From positions 1 through 64,000 of the forward strand of contig CBDCTA010000017.1 of assembly GCA_965221955.1 (NCBI GenBank): a stretch of 64,000 bases of DNA, read 5' to 3'. The notes below the pieces were generated by a model. The model saw only the letters and a program-made list of their open reading frames with translations, ran no database searches and had not been told where the DNA came from. Shown piece by piece: positions 13,301 through 24,029 of this stretch. Each line of letters opens with the position of its first letter. The first letter of the stretch is position 1. Position numbers and translations under genes: made by a program. The stretch is from Gammaproteobacteria bacterium (GTDB lineage Bacteria; Pseudomonadota; Gammaproteobacteria; UBA4575).

Positions 13301-13592
13301 AATTCAATGCTGTTTGCCCACCCATGGTGGGTAACAACACATCAGGCTTTTCTTTTTTGATAATTTCTGCAACGGTTTGCCACATGATAGGTTCGATATA
13401 AATAGCATCCGCCATTTCAGGATCCGTCATGATGGTTGCAGGATTCGAATTCACCAAAATGACGCGATAACCTTCTTCTTTTAACGCTTTACATGCCTGT
13501 GCACCGGAATAATCAAATTCACATGCTTGACCAATCACAATAGGTCCAGCACCAATGATTAAAATACTTTTTATGTCAGTACGCTTTGGCAT
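10371..13592 (-). CDS. carB: carbamoyl-phosphate synthase large subunit
   Basis: [30 protein letters not shown]; duplicated ATP-grasp halves; 1073 aa. Confidence 0.99.
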   Translation of the reverse strand: MPKRTDIKSILIIGAGPIVIGQACEFDYSGAQACKALKEEGYRVILVNSNPATIMTDPEMADAIYIEPIMWQTVAEIIKKEKPDVLLPTMGGQTALNCALDLDREGVLEKYSVQMIGANKQAIDMAEDRELFRKAMDEIGLKSARSALAHSLEEAIQQQPSLGFPTIIRPSFTMGGSGGGIAYNLEEFKAIVEHGLDLSPTTEVLLEESLLGWKEYEMEVVRDKNDNCIIICSIENFDPMGVHTGDSITVAPAQTLTDKEYQIMRNASLAVLRKIGVDTGGSNVQFSINPKDGRMIIIEMNPRVSRSSALASKATGFPIAKIAAKLAVGYTLDELQNEITGGATPASFEPSIDYVVTKIPRFTFEKFPQAKAKLSTQMKSVGEVMAIGRTFQESFQKALRGLEIGVDGLDPMHDEYDEEHLSLLTSELREPGPHRAWYVADAMRLGQSVEDLYASTAIDPWFLAQLKELIDLEAELSNKKLDDIDAQMMRHIKRKGFSDRRISKLLQCSENDVRAKRAELQVHPIYKRVDTCAAEFATSTAYMYSSYDEECEAQPSDKKKIIVLGGGPNRIGQGIEFDYCCVHAAFAMREDGYETIMVNCNPETVSTDYDTSDRLYFEPLTLEDVLEIVRIEQPQGVIVQFGGQTPLKLAQDLEAAGVPIVGTTPDSIDLAEDRERFLQLVNELKLLQPPNATATSTEQAVNAADEIGYPVVVRPSYVLGGRAMEIVYNRADLERYMREAVKVSNDAPVLIDHFLADAVEVDLDAICDGKDVLIGGIMQHIEQAGIHSGDSACSLPPYNLSESVQNEMREQARKLALALQVKGLMNIQFAIKNEKVYLIEVNPRASRTVPFVSKAIGIPLAKIAARCMVGQSLQHQGATEEITPKYYSVKEAVFPFIKFLGVDPILGPEMKSTGEVMGVGDTFGEAFGKSQFAAGTTFPESGSALISVRKEDRQQASEVAKHLVELGFTLVATKGTARYLAEQGIQCTPVNKVREGRPHIVDMIIDGKIDLIVNTTEGKQAIADSFTIRREALQHKVCYTTTMAGAWALKDAMQKRDQYQVYRLQDLHQQTKH

Positions 13593-13597
13593 GTAAC

Positions 13598-14748
13598 TTA
13601 TCTACTAGCTTTGCTTTTAAATTCTTGCATCATCTTGATGAAATCTTCGAATAGAGGTTTAACATCTTGCGGACCTGGGACTTGCTTCCGGATGACCCTG
13701 AAAACTGTATGCAGGTTTTTGAGTATGACGAATGCCTTGCAAGGAACCATCAAATAAAGATCGATGTGTAGCTTCTAATTTTCAGGCAATGTTTTCTCAT
13801 CTACTGCGAAGCCGTGATTTTGACTACTGATCATCACTGTTTTGGTTTTTAAATCTTGAACAGGATGGTTTGCACCATGATGACCAAATTTCATTTTGAT
13901 GGTTTTTGCTCCACAGGCTAAGCCTAATAGTTGGTGACCCAAACAAATTCCAAAAGTAGGCACACCTTCTGCAATAATTTCCTGTATGGCTTGAATCGCA
14001 TAATCACAGGGCTCAGGATCACCGGGTCCATTAGAGAGAAAAACACCATCAGGTTTTTTATCAAGTACCTCACTCGCAGAGGTCTTAGCTGGAATCACTT
14101 CTATCTCACAACCCAAATCATGAAGAATTCGAAGAATGTTACGTTTCACTCCAAAGTCATACGCTAAGACTTTGAATTGCTTTTCATTTAGATTCGCTTG
14201 ATAGCCTTCAGTTAAATCCCAACAACCTTCATTCCATACGTATGGCTTTTTTGTAGTGACTTCTTTGGCTAAATCCATGCCTTTCAAACCAGGAAAAGCT
14301 TTGGCTGCAGCTAAAGCTTCTTCCTCATTTATTATGCTCACCCAGCCATAATCGCGCCATTTTGCGCACCTTTCTCTCTAAGAATTCTTGTAAGTCTTCG
14401 CGTATCAATATCCGCAATAGAAACTACATTATGTTTTTGCAAATAAGCTGATAAATCAGATTCTTGTCGCCAATTACTCACCTGTACTGGTAAGTCACGA
14501 ATCACCAACCCCGTGGCAAAAATTTGTGCAGATTCTTCATCTTCTGAGTTGGCACCCACATTACCAATATGCGGATAGGTCAGTGTGATAATTTGTTGTG
14601 CATAAGAAGGGTCAGTGAGAATTTCTTGATAGCCCGTCATGGACGTGTTGAAAACAACTTCCCCTACCGATAAACCCGATATACCAATGGAGCTTCCCCA
14701 AAAAAGACTCCCGTCTTCCAAAGCAAGCAAGGCGGGGTGTTGGCTCAA
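13598..14748 (-). CDS. carA: carbamoyl-phosphate synthase small subunit (three apparent frameshifts, near 14340, 13778 and 13678)
   Basis: ORFs 14338..14748 ([14 protein letters not shown]) and 13775..14341 (SNGPGDP, GICLGHQ), plus manually read C-terminal pieces [12 protein letters not shown]...FQGHPEAS and [10 protein letters not shown]...KASR*. Confidence 0.93.
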
Positions 14749-14798
14749 AAACTCATTCTCCTAATTCAAATTAACCCAAAACCACCAGGCGCAGATGT

Positions 14799-14833
14799 AA
14801 AAACGGGATGACCAAATGGTCATCCCGTAAAAA
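14799..14833 (-). promoter_or_regulatory. terminator/attenuator-like hairpin about 50 nt upstream of carA
   Basis: 11-bp perfect stem ACGGGATGACC-N4-GGTCATCCCGT followed by a T-run on the minus strand. Confidence 0.6.
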
Positions 14834-15005
14834 TCCTGTGTGATCGGTGTGGACCAAGAGAATTGTACTCAAATCATCGATTTAGTAAAACCAAGATTTT
14901 GGGATATTTGAATACCTACAAAATAAGAAGCAAGGTTTGAGCAATGTAATCGATTAAAAACTAACCATTGCTATCTACTTGTTAGCAATCATTAACGCTA
15001 ACGAA

Positions 15006-16199
15006 TCAAATATTACCACCCAGCTCTGTAGCCCATTTTATTGCTTGAAGATACGCTTTTTGATACGCAGAACGATCGATTAAATGCATGAGCTCATCCC
15101 AATTTCCTTGCTCATATAATTTAATATTTCGCAAAACAGCTCCCATTTCTCCTTCATGAGTATCTAAGGCTGAACTCATTTCTTCTGTTAACGGAAGTGT
15201 TTCCAATACTTCTTGTAAAGACATATCTAGCAATGCATCTAAAATTGAAAACAGACCCACAGCAAAATATTGGTCATTATTTGGTTTTTCACCTGCCAAT
15301 AATTCAGCCATTTTTGCTCTCATCATACCCATGAGCATTAACTCTTTAGGCTTTTCATCAGAGAGTCTTAACATCAACATTAAACTGGCCCATTTTCTCA
15401 CCTCATCTGTGCCAAGCAATGTCAGTGCGTGTTTAATCGATTCAATTTTTATGCGCAAAGCATAAAAAGCCGAATTCATATAACGAAGCAGATGGTATGC
15501 AAGGGTTGCATCATGCCCAATGAGATTTTCAAGCTCATCCATGCTGACTTCTGGATTCTGCAGCTCAGAAATAAGTTTAAGCACAATCATTCGATTACCT
15601 TCCACACGTTTTCCAATTATCACTTGTGGTTTGCAAAAGAAAAATCCTTGGAAATAATCAAATCCTAGATCTTTGCATTGCTCATACTTTTCTTGAGTCT
15701 CCACTCTTTCGGCTAACAGTTTTATGTTGTGTTTGCGTAATATGTCTACATGATTATTTAAGTCCGCATCACTAAGAATACTGACATCCAATTTTACGAA
15801 TTGTGAAATTTCTAACAAACGATCGAACTTAGGTGTATAAATAAAATCATTTAATGCGATACGATAACCAGTGCGCGCTAACTCTTCTAAACCCGTTTGC
15901 AGCGCCTCATCTGCAACTTCATTTTCCAACACCTCCAAAACAATTTGTTCTTGCATTTGCGGTAGCGGTAATTCACCCATTAGAAAACCGCGTGTCATAT
16001 TAATAAACGCAAAGCGATTTCCAACAATATTTTCTAAACCAATATCGACCAGAGCACTGATAATGACATCTGAAGTGGCCTTATCTTCATCCGAAACATC
16101 TGCCTGGTCCGTAGCTTTCTTACGATATAAAAGCTCGTATGCAAAAACATTCAGCTGATGATCATAAATAGGTTGCCGCGCAAGAAAAATAGTAGCCAT
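15006..16199 (-). CDS. EAL/HDOD domain protein (YuxH-like c-di-GMP signalling protein)
   Basis: FLARQPI..AYELLYR, LAERVET, YFQGFFFCKP, followed by a helical HDOD domain (LLRYMNSA, GLFSILDALL). Confidence 0.9.
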   Translation of the reverse strand: MATIFLARQPIYDHQLNVFAYELLYRKKATDQADVSDEDKATSDVIISALVDIGLENIVGNRFAFINMTRGFLMGELPLPQMQEQIVLEVLENEVADEALQTGLEELARTGYRIALNDFIYTPKFDRLLEISQFVKLDVSILSDADLNNHVDILRKHNIKLLAERVETQEKYEQCKDLGFDYFQGFFFCKPQVIIGKRVEGNRMIVLKLISELQNPEVSMDELENLIGHDATLAYHLLRYMNSAFYALRIKIESIKHALTLLGTDEVRKWASLMLMLRLSDEKPKELMLMGMMRAKMAELLAGEKPNNDQYFAVGLFSILDALLDMSLQEVLETLPLTEEMSSALDTHEGEMGAVLRNIKLYEQGNWDELMHLIDRSAYQKAYLQAIKWATELGGNI

Positions 16200-16345
16200 T
16201 TGTCTTTTTTTGATACTGCATAGGTATTGCAGCTAATTGAATAAAAATTAACTATCACTAATTAAACGGCAAATGTTGATTATTCTTTAAAAATTAATCA
16301 CGTGTTGGTGATATATAGGTATTTGACCTAGCGAGTATTGGGATA

Positions 16346-16498
16346 TGAGCGCAAGGATGCGCGAATAGGATACTCATCAGAGCCGATGCAGCAATATAGT
16401 TAGAGGGATTCAAAAATATCTGCTTTCGGCCAATTAGTGAGCCCATGGATGGGCGAATATGAGTTACAACATGGATGTTGTATCAGATTAAAGTCAGA
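16346..16498 (+). repeat. two tandem ~92-bp units, each with two stem-loops (GGA hexaloops); the first is followed by a truncated palindromic site at 16416-16437
   Basis: TGAGCGCAAGGATGCGCGAATAGGA... (16346) versus TGAGCCCATGGATGGGCGAATATGA... (16438); both align to the reverse complement of 17155-17214. Confidence 0.8.
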
Positions 16499-16508
16499 CT
16501 AAATTAAA

Positions 16509-16536
16509 ATGTCCGCTTACGGCCAATAGCGGACAT
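16509..16536. repeat. 28-bp palindromic site P1
   Basis: ATGTCCGCT-TACGGCCAAT-AGCGGACAT, 11 bp beyond the stop of the 165-aa gene. Confidence 0.88.
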
Positions 16537-16547
16537 CCCATATAAAG

Positions 16548-17045
16548 TTATTTTCTAATAGTCTTTATAGAATTAGTAATACCCTTTGCTCCAAAAATAA
16601 GAAAAAGGGCAATTATAAGCTCAAAAAAGGTAGTTACCATCGAGGCTTTGTTCTCTAATAAGGCAAGCGGTGAATATAACTTTTCTTCACTGATAAATAG
16701 TGAATACAAAAACCAGAACACAAGGTCAGAAAGAACAAAAAATAAAAGATAAGTCCCCAAGAGTATAAAACCAAGATGATAAAAATTATCTGAATTAAAG
16801 TTATGTTTAGGCTCGTCTTCCAATTTGAATGGATATATTCTTTTCGCAATCGTAAGAGGAAATTTCCAAAGCAGTATGGATATAAATATAGCTAACCCGC
16901 TGACTAGGAAAATGTAGCCATACTTGCGAAATGTTATTGAGTCATTTACTAGCCATAAGGCTGAAACTAATTCTCTAACTGTAGTAAGTATTAGCGCAAT
17001 TGCTAATAATCTTGCTGCTACAGCAATTATTTGTTCTGGTTTCAT
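16548..17045 (-). CDS. hypothetical 4-TM membrane protein (cassette-like cargo gene)
   Basis: 165-aa ORF with four hydrophobic stretches and a GGAG RBS; AT-rich by eye; bracketed by P1 and P2. Confidence 0.8.
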   Translation of the reverse strand: MKPEQIIAVAARLLAIALILTTVRELVSALWLVNDSITFRKYGYIFLVSGLAIFISILLWKFPLTIAKRIYPFKLEDEPKHNFNSDNFYHLGFILLGTYLLFFVLSDLVFWFLYSLFISEEKLYSPLALLENKASMVTTFFELIIALFLIFGAKGITNSIKTIRK

Positions 17046-17076
17046 AATACAGCTCCCTAATACTTACTTTGTATTA

Positions 17077-17104
17077 ATGTCCGCTTTGGGTCGAAAGCAG
17101 TCAT
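17077..17104. repeat. 28-bp palindromic site P2
   Basis: ATGTCCGCT-TTGGGTCGAA-AGCAGTCAT, 31 bp upstream of the ATG at 17045. Confidence 0.88.
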
Positions 17105-17128
17105 AATTATAGACGCAATCTGATATTC

Positions 17129-17226
17129 CCAACCTGTTCTCCATTCTAGTTCAACTGACTCTAATCTGTTGCATCGTCCCTGATGGACATCCTATTCGCG
17201 CATCCTTGCGCTCACCTCCCTGCGCT
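17129..17226 (-). repeat. conserved 'platform' repeat with GGA hairpins
   Basis: 17129-17185 is colinear with 40384-40441; 17189-17214 is a perfect 26-bp inverted copy of 16346-16371. Confidence 0.85.
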
Positions 17227-17250
17227 TATACTTTGAGCCGAAAAAAAACT

Positions 17251-17697
17251 TTATTTAAGCATCGCCTCCAACCTAGAAGCACTGAAACCACTCATTTTTT
17301 GATTACCAACCAAGATTAACGGAACACCACTGCCACCTAGTTGCTTATATTTTCTATTTGCACTTTCACTTTTTTCAATATCATATTCTTTGTACTTAAT
17401 CCCATTACTTTGCATATATCGTCGAGCTTCAGCACAGTATCCACACCAACTTGTTGAATACATTATTACTTTCTTTTGTTTAGCCAGTTTCTTTGTTTTT
17501 ATATCACTTGCTTTTGAATACGCTGAATCACTTAAACCATCAGCATTGTTAACATTCGTATCAATCTCAACTTGCTCTGCTTTGGGCAGGGGCTTATCTG
17601 TGAAGATGACTCGACCGTTTTCGTCAACCGATTTATAGATTTCTGCACATAACACTGTAGGCAACAAAATAACGAGAGGCAAAAATAACTTTTTCAT
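17251..17697 (-). CDS. secreted DUF4124 plus glutaredoxin-like domain protein
   Basis: Signal peptide, AEIYKSVDENGRVIFTDKP (DUF4124-like), CGYC redox motif, GVPLI. Confidence 0.85.
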   Translation of the reverse strand: MKKLFLPLVILLPTVLCAEIYKSVDENGRVIFTDKPLPKAEQVEIDTNVNNADGLSDSAYSKASDIKTKKLAKQKKVIMYSTSWCGYCAEARRYMQSNGIKYKEYDIEKSESANRKYKQLGGSGVPLILVGNQKMSGFSASRLEAMLK

Positions 17698-17699
17698 TT

Positions 17700-17924
17700 T
17701 CAATATCCTTGCTCTTCCAGTTCTTTCTTACGTTGCTCGGCAGAATCCATTATCGTTTGTTCAACACCATTAGCTTTATCCAAAGCCGTTTCGTATCCTT
17801 TAAAAACATTATCGTCACTTAACTTTCCAGACTCTGGCTTTTCTTTTTCAGCCACATAAGATTGATCGCTACACCCTATAACAAGCAGTGAAAAAAGTAG
17901 TATTGTTGAAGCGAGATATTTCAT
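17700..17924 (-). CDS. small hypothetical lipoprotein
   Basis: Lipobox-like LVIGC after a hydrophobic signal. Confidence 0.7.
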   Translation of the reverse strand: MKYLASTILLFSLLVIGCSDQSYVAEKEKPESGKLSDDNVFKGYETALDKANGVEQTIMDSAEQRKKELEEQGY

Positions 17925-17948
17925 ATACATAACCAACCTGTATAGAAA

Positions 17949-18269
17949 TTATAGGTCCAACCAAAGCTTCTTAGGTTGCCGCATGCCGGCTATTTTGCAC
18001 CCTTGCTGACCATAACCGTATGGGAAAAGCCCATATACATACTTGCGCGTCGCTTTCTCAGGCCCCAACTCTTCTTTTAGCTGTTTAAGTATTTTACGTA
18101 ATTCCGGAACTGCGCCATGATCAGAATAGTATTCTCGAATAAGTCGAATTAAATTCCAACGTTCTTCTGTGAGCTCAACGTTTTCTTTTTTTGCAATAAA
18201 CTCTGCAATTTCTTCTGTCCAATCGTCCGGATCAAGAAGAAAACCATCAGCGTCAGTATTAATATCCAT
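17949..18269 (-). CDS. DsrC/TusE family protein lacking the terminal cysteine (RspA-like)
   Basis: TDADGFLLDPDDWTEEIA, LTEERW, LFPYG..QQGCKIAG; ends KKLWLDL. Confidence 0.85.
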   Translation of the reverse strand: MDINTDADGFLLDPDDWTEEIAEFIAKKENVELTEERWNLIRLIREYYSDHGAVPELRKILKQLKEELGPEKATRKYVYGLFPYGYGQQGCKIAGMRQPKKLWLDL

Positions 18270-18273
18270 TTTA

Positions 18274-18636
18274 TTAACTTTTACTAAAGAACAAATAACC
18301 TGCGAATGCAATGAGAATGAAAGAGAATATCTTTTTAAAATTAGCAGTTGAAACATGCTCTAACAAATGCGGGCCAATTTGCGCACCAATGATTCCACCC
18401 AAACCTAATGCAATGGCAATTTTAAAATCTACATTAGCAAACTTAGAATGCGCAAACACAGCAGAAGCAGAAATGATTAAAATCGCAAGGAACGAAGTAC
18501 CTACAGCTTTTTGTGCGGTATATCCAAGTGCAATGAGCAATGGCACCATGAGAAAACCACCACCAAGCCCAGTGAAAGAAGCAGCAATACCGATGAATAA
18601 ACCCGAAAACAATAGAATTGCATAGTTGAGTGCCAT
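18274..18636 (-). CDS. TauE/SafE family sulfur-compound transporter, half-size (120 aa)
   Basis: GLGGGFLMVP, AVGTS, GGIIGAQIG motifs; a single repeat unit. Confidence 0.85.
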   Translation of the reverse strand: MALNYAILLFSGLFIGIAASFTGLGGGFLMVPLLIALGYTAQKAVGTSFLAILIISASAVFAHSKFANVDFKIAIALGLGGIIGAQIGPHLLEHVSTANFKKIFSFILIAFAGYLFFSKS

Positions 18637-18662
18637 AATGACTTCCTTTACGTTTACCTAAG

Positions 18663-20043
<1,381 letters not shown>

Positions 20044-20099
20044 TTAAAGCATCCTTATTAAATTAGGGCTGCAGTGTACACGAAACTTTAAGCAATGGA

Positions 20100-21224
20100 T
20101 CATTCTTCCCAGAATTTCAAATTATCAAAAAAACCTTTTACGTTGTCTGTCCACGAATGAGACTTAGGACTATGTCGATCGCCGCCTTTTTCAATATCTT
20201 TTGAAAATTCTTCTATAAGCTCTTTTTGTTTTTTAGTTAAGTTCACGGGTGTCTCAACAATTGCGGTGCACAGCATGTCACCGGTTGCACCACCACGCAC
20301 AGGTTTAACCCCTTTGCCACGTAATCTAAACAAACGACCCGATTGGGTTTCACTAGGAATTTTTAATTTCACCTTACCATTAAGTGTTGGCACTTCAATT
20401 TCACCGCCCAACGCCGCCATGCTAAAGCTGATCGGCACTTGGCAAAGAAGATTATTATCCTCTCGTGTAAATAACTCATGTGGCCGCACATTGATCTCGA
20501 CATAAAGATCCCCTGGCGGTCCATTGTTTGGACCAGCTTCACCTTCACCCGACAAACGTATTCGGTCTCCAGTATCTACTCCTGCAGGAACTTTTATGGA
20601 TAATTTTTTATTTTGTTTGGATCGACCTGAACCATGACAATAGTCACAAGGAACTTTAATTGTTTTTCCTTTTCCTCTGCACTTTGGACAGGTTTGTTGA
20701 ATAGAAAAGAAACCTTGTTGCATGCGCACTTGACCTACACCATCACATGTCTCACAAGTGTCGATAGATGAGTTTGGTGCAGCACCTGAACCATCACATT
20801 TTTCACAAGTACTTTGCTTTGGAATATCTATAGTCGATTCGGCACCGAAGACTGCCTCTTCAAGGCTTACTTCTAAGCCATACTGTAAATCTGCGCCACG
20901 ATATACACGTTGTCCTCCACCACGGCCTCCACCGAAGATATCCCCAAAAATATCACCAAAGATATCACCAAAATCAGCCGAGCCACCCCCCATGCCACCC
21001 TGTACACCTGCATGACCGAATTGATCATAGGCTTGACGTTTACTAGGATCACCTAAAACTTCATACGCTTCTTTGGCTTCTTTGAACTTCGCTTCGGCTT
21101 CTTGATCACCAGGATTACGATCAGGATGATATTTCATTGCTAAACGTCGGAAGGTTTTTTTTAAATCTCCTTCACTCGCCGTGCGCTCTACCCCAAGCAC
21201 TTCGTAATAATCTCTTTTTTCCAT
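20100..21224 (-). CDS. dnaJ: chaperone DnaJ
   Basis: HPD J-domain, four CxxCxGxG repeats. Confidence 0.98.
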   Translation of the reverse strand: MEKRDYYEVLGVERTASEGDLKKTFRRLAMKYHPDRNPGDQEAEAKFKEAKEAYEVLGDPSKRQAYDQFGHAGVQGGMGGGSADFGDIFGDIFGDIFGGGRGGGQRVYRGADLQYGLEVSLEEAVFGAESTIDIPKQSTCEKCDGSGAAPNSSIDTCETCDGVGQVRMQQGFFSIQQTCPKCRGKGKTIKVPCDYCHGSGRSKQNKKLSIKVPAGVDTGDRIRLSGEGEAGPNNGPPGDLYVEINVRPHELFTREDNNLLCQVPISFSMAALGGEIEVPTLNGKVKLKIPSETQSGRLFRLRGKGVKPVRGGATGDMLCTAIVETPVNLTKKQKELIEEFSKDIEKGGDRHSPKSHSWTDNVKGFFDNLKFWEE

Positions 21225-21252
21225 ATTGTTAGATTTTTTTTGGCTAAATATG

Positions 21253-21285
21253 AAAAATCCGAGGTCGTTCGCACTCCCTCGGATT
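21253..21285 (-). terminator. terminator-like hairpin between dnaK and dnaJ
   Basis: AATCCGAGG...CCTCGGATT stem followed by a T-run on the minus strand. Confidence 0.6.
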
Positions 21286-21314
21286 GGTTAGTTAAATTTT
21301 AAGTTTGTTAAAAG

Positions 21315-23243
21315 CTATTTATTATCGTCTACTTCTTCAAACTCTGCGTCTACTACATCATCATCTGCAGCAGCACCTGCATCTTGTGCGCCAGCTCCAC
21401 CACTCGCATCGCCACCGCCTGCATCATTTTGTGCATACATGCGCTCCGCTAATTTACTCGAAGCTTCTGCCAATGCTTGTGTCTTCGTTTCGATAATATC
21501 TTTATCGTCTTTATCTAACACTTCTTTAAGATCTTTAATAGCATTTTCAATTTGCATACGTTCTTCTTGCTCAACTTTATCACCCATCTCCTCGAGTGAT
21601 TTTTCAGTAGCATGAATCATTTGATCAGCAGTGTTACGTGTGGCAACAAGCTCACTAAACTTCTTATCTTCTTCTGCATGTGCTTCCGCATCTTTAACCA
21701 TGTTTTCAATTTCATCATCTGATAAACCACTAGAGGCTTTAATCACGATGGATTGTTCTTTACCTGTGGCTTTATCTTTAGCCGAAACATTCAAGATACC
21801 ATTTGCATCAATATCAAAGGATACTTCGATTTGCGGCACACCTCGCTGTGCTGGAGGAATATCCGTTAAATCAAAACGACCTAATGATTTATTTCCAGTT
21901 GCTTGCTCACGCTCACCTTGCAACACATGTACGGTAACCGCAGTTTGATTATTTTCTGCAGTTGAAAACACTTGTTGTGCATTAGTAGGAATCGTGGTGT
22001 TCTTTTCAATCAATTTGGTCATCACACCACCTAAGGTTTCAATTCCTAATGAAAGTGGAGTAACGTCTAGTAGCAATACATCTTTAACATCACCGCCTAA
22101 TACACCGGCTTGAATTGCAGCACCCACTGCAACGGCTTCGTCAGGGTTTACATCTTTACGTGGTTCTTTACCGAAAAAGCCTTGTACTGTTTCTTGTACT
22201 TTCGGCATACGCGTTTGACCACCCACTAATATCACATCATCAATATCCGATGCAGATAAACCAGCATCTTTTAATGCTTGCTTACATGGTGGAATCGTAC
22301 GCTGTACAAGTTCATCAACAAGTGATTCAAGCTTGGCGCGCGTTAATTTAATATTTAAATGTTTAGGGCCTGATGCATCCGCAGTGATATAAGGAAGATT
22401 CACTTCAGTTTGTTGACCAGAAGAGAGTTCAATCTTAGCTTTTTCTGCTGCTTCTTTAAGCCTTTGCAAGGCAAGTGGGTCATTATGCAAATCGAAACCT
22501 TGGTCTTTCTTAAACTCATCAGCAAGATAATCGATTAAACGCATATCGAAATCTTCACCACCTAGGAAGGTATCACCATTAGTAGATAACACTTCAAACT
22601 GATGTTCACCGTCGACTTCTGCAATTTCGATAATTGAAATATCAAAAGTACCGCCACCTAAGTCATACACCGCAATTTTGCTATCGCCGCGTTTTTTGTC
22701 CATACCATAAGCCAATGCAGCTGCAGTCGGCTCATTGATAATTCGCTTTACTTCTAGTCCAGCGATTTTGCCGGCATCTTTTGTAGCTTGTCTTTGTGAG
22801 TCATTAAAATATGCAGGCACAGTGATCACTGCTTCGGTTACTTCTTCACCAAGATAATCTTCTGCAGTTTTTTTCATTTTCATTAGTACACGCGCAGAAA
22901 TTTCAGGTGGGGCCATTTTTTTGCCACCCACTTCTACCCATGCATCGCCATTGTCGGCTTTAATAATGTTATACGGCACAAGCTTGATATCTTTTTGTAC
23001 CGCATCTTCTTCATAACGCCGGCCAACTAATCGTTTAATGGCGTATAAAGTGTTATTAGGATTTGTGACCGACTGACGTTTTGCCGCTTGACCAACAAGC
23101 ACTTCGTCGTCATCCGTAAATGCCACAATGGAAGGTGTGGTTCGATCGCCTTCACTATTCTCAATCACTTTAGGTGTAGTACCTTCCATGACCGCTACAC
23201 ACGAGTTGGTGGTACCTAAATCAATTCCAATGATTTTACCCAT
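21315..23243 (-). CDS. dnaK: chaperone DnaK
   Basis: [25 protein letters not shown] tail. Confidence 0.99.
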   Translation of the reverse strand: MGKIIGIDLGTTNSCVAVMEGTTPKVIENSEGDRTTPSIVAFTDDDEVLVGQAAKRQSVTNPNNTLYAIKRLVGRRYEEDAVQKDIKLVPYNIIKADNGDAWVEVGGKKMAPPEISARVLMKMKKTAEDYLGEEVTEAVITVPAYFNDSQRQATKDAGKIAGLEVKRIINEPTAAALAYGMDKKRGDSKIAVYDLGGGTFDISIIEIAEVDGEHQFEVLSTNGDTFLGGEDFDMRLIDYLADEFKKDQGFDLHNDPLALQRLKEAAEKAKIELSSGQQTEVNLPYITADASGPKHLNIKLTRAKLESLVDELVQRTIPPCKQALKDAGLSASDIDDVILVGGQTRMPKVQETVQGFFGKEPRKDVNPDEAVAVGAAIQAGVLGGDVKDVLLLDVTPLSLGIETLGGVMTKLIEKNTTIPTNAQQVFSTAENNQTAVTVHVLQGEREQATGNKSLGRFDLTDIPPAQRGVPQIEVSFDIDANGILNVSAKDKATGKEQSIVIKASSGLSDDEIENMVKDAEAHAEEDKKFSELVATRNTADQMIHATEKSLEEMGDKVEQEERMQIENAIKDLKEVLDKDDKDIIETKTQALAEASSKLAERMYAQNDAGGGDASGGAGAQDAGAAADDDVVDAEFEEVDDNK

Positions 23244-23310
23244 CGTTGTTCTCCAAAATTCTCAAAATTTAGTTAGTTAACATTTAATCAAAAACATATT
23301 TATGCTTATT

Positions 23311-23337
23311 AATTGGGCCTAAAAAACGGTTTTCAAG
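23311..23337 (-). promoter_or_regulatory. putative sigma32 promoter of dnaK
   Basis: Minus strand CTTGAAAACCGTTTTTTAGGCCCAATT resembles CTTGAA-N13-15-CCCCATNT. Confidence 0.65.
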
Positions 23338-23402
23338 CATAAAATGGTAAATAAATTCACTTTTTATGTTTCTTTGATATACCACGCCAGCCCTCAGCCA
23401 CA

Positions 23403-23957
23403 TTATCCTGCGGCTTTAGAAACAATCACCATAGCGGGGCGAATCAGCCGTCCATGTAGGGTATAGCCCTTCTGCATAACGGTTAGCACTGTATTAGGCT
23501 CATGCTCCGTACTTTCCTGCATCGTCATCGCTTCGTGTAAATTAGGATCAAACGCCTTACCGGTTGGATCAATTTCTTCTATAGAAAACTTCTCAAAAGC
23601 GTTGCTTAACATTTTCAGCGTTAATTCAGTGCCTTCTTTTAACTTTTCAAGATCTATATCATCGGTATTTAAACCCAACTCTAAGCTATCTTTGACTTGT
23701 AGCAATTCATTCGCAAACTTCTCATTTGCATATTTATGGGCATTCGAAACATCACGTTCGGTGCGCTTACGCAAATTTTCCATTTCGGCTTGAGTGCGAA
23801 TCATTTTATCTTGATACTCGGCTACTTGCTGTTGCGCTTCCTCAAGCTGTTGCTCAAGCCCATTCAAAGAATGGTCTTGTGATTCTTGATCAGATTCCTT
23901 CACGTCGGATTCATCCATATCTGCATTTTGTTCAGTTTCTTGTTCAGTATTTGGCAT
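23403..23957 (-). CDS. grpE: nucleotide exchange factor GrpE
   Basis: AEMENLRKR, FDPNLHEAM, QKGYTLHGRLIRPAMV. Confidence 0.97.
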   Translation of the reverse strand: MPNTEQETEQNADMDESDVKESDQESQDHSLNGLEQQLEEAQQQVAEYQDKMIRTQAEMENLRKRTERDVSNAHKYANEKFANELLQVKDSLELGLNTDDIDLEKLKEGTELTLKMLSNAFEKFSIEEIDPTGKAFDPNLHEAMTMQESTEHEPNTVLTVMQKGYTLHGRLIRPAMVIVSKAAG

Positions 23958-24029
23958 AAAGTTCTATGCTAATGTGTAGGCAAATAGTAATTATTCAAGT
24001 CTACAATGACAAAATTTTTAAACGTATTT

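Noticed and set aside
13598-14748. Programmed frameshifting or true inactivation of carA or nuoD
   Set aside because: No slippery heptamer plus stimulatory structure; the partner genes are intact and the indel pattern fits sequencing error.
16509-16536. 28-bp sites as chromosomal dif or pdif (XerCD) sites
   Set aside because: The length fits, but neither arm resembles the XerD arm TTATGTTAAAT or the XerC arm.
16346-17226. Integron cassette/attC or CRISPR array
   Set aside because: No RYYYAAC...GTTRRRY ends around the cargo, no intI or cas genes, and no regular repeat-spacer periodicity.
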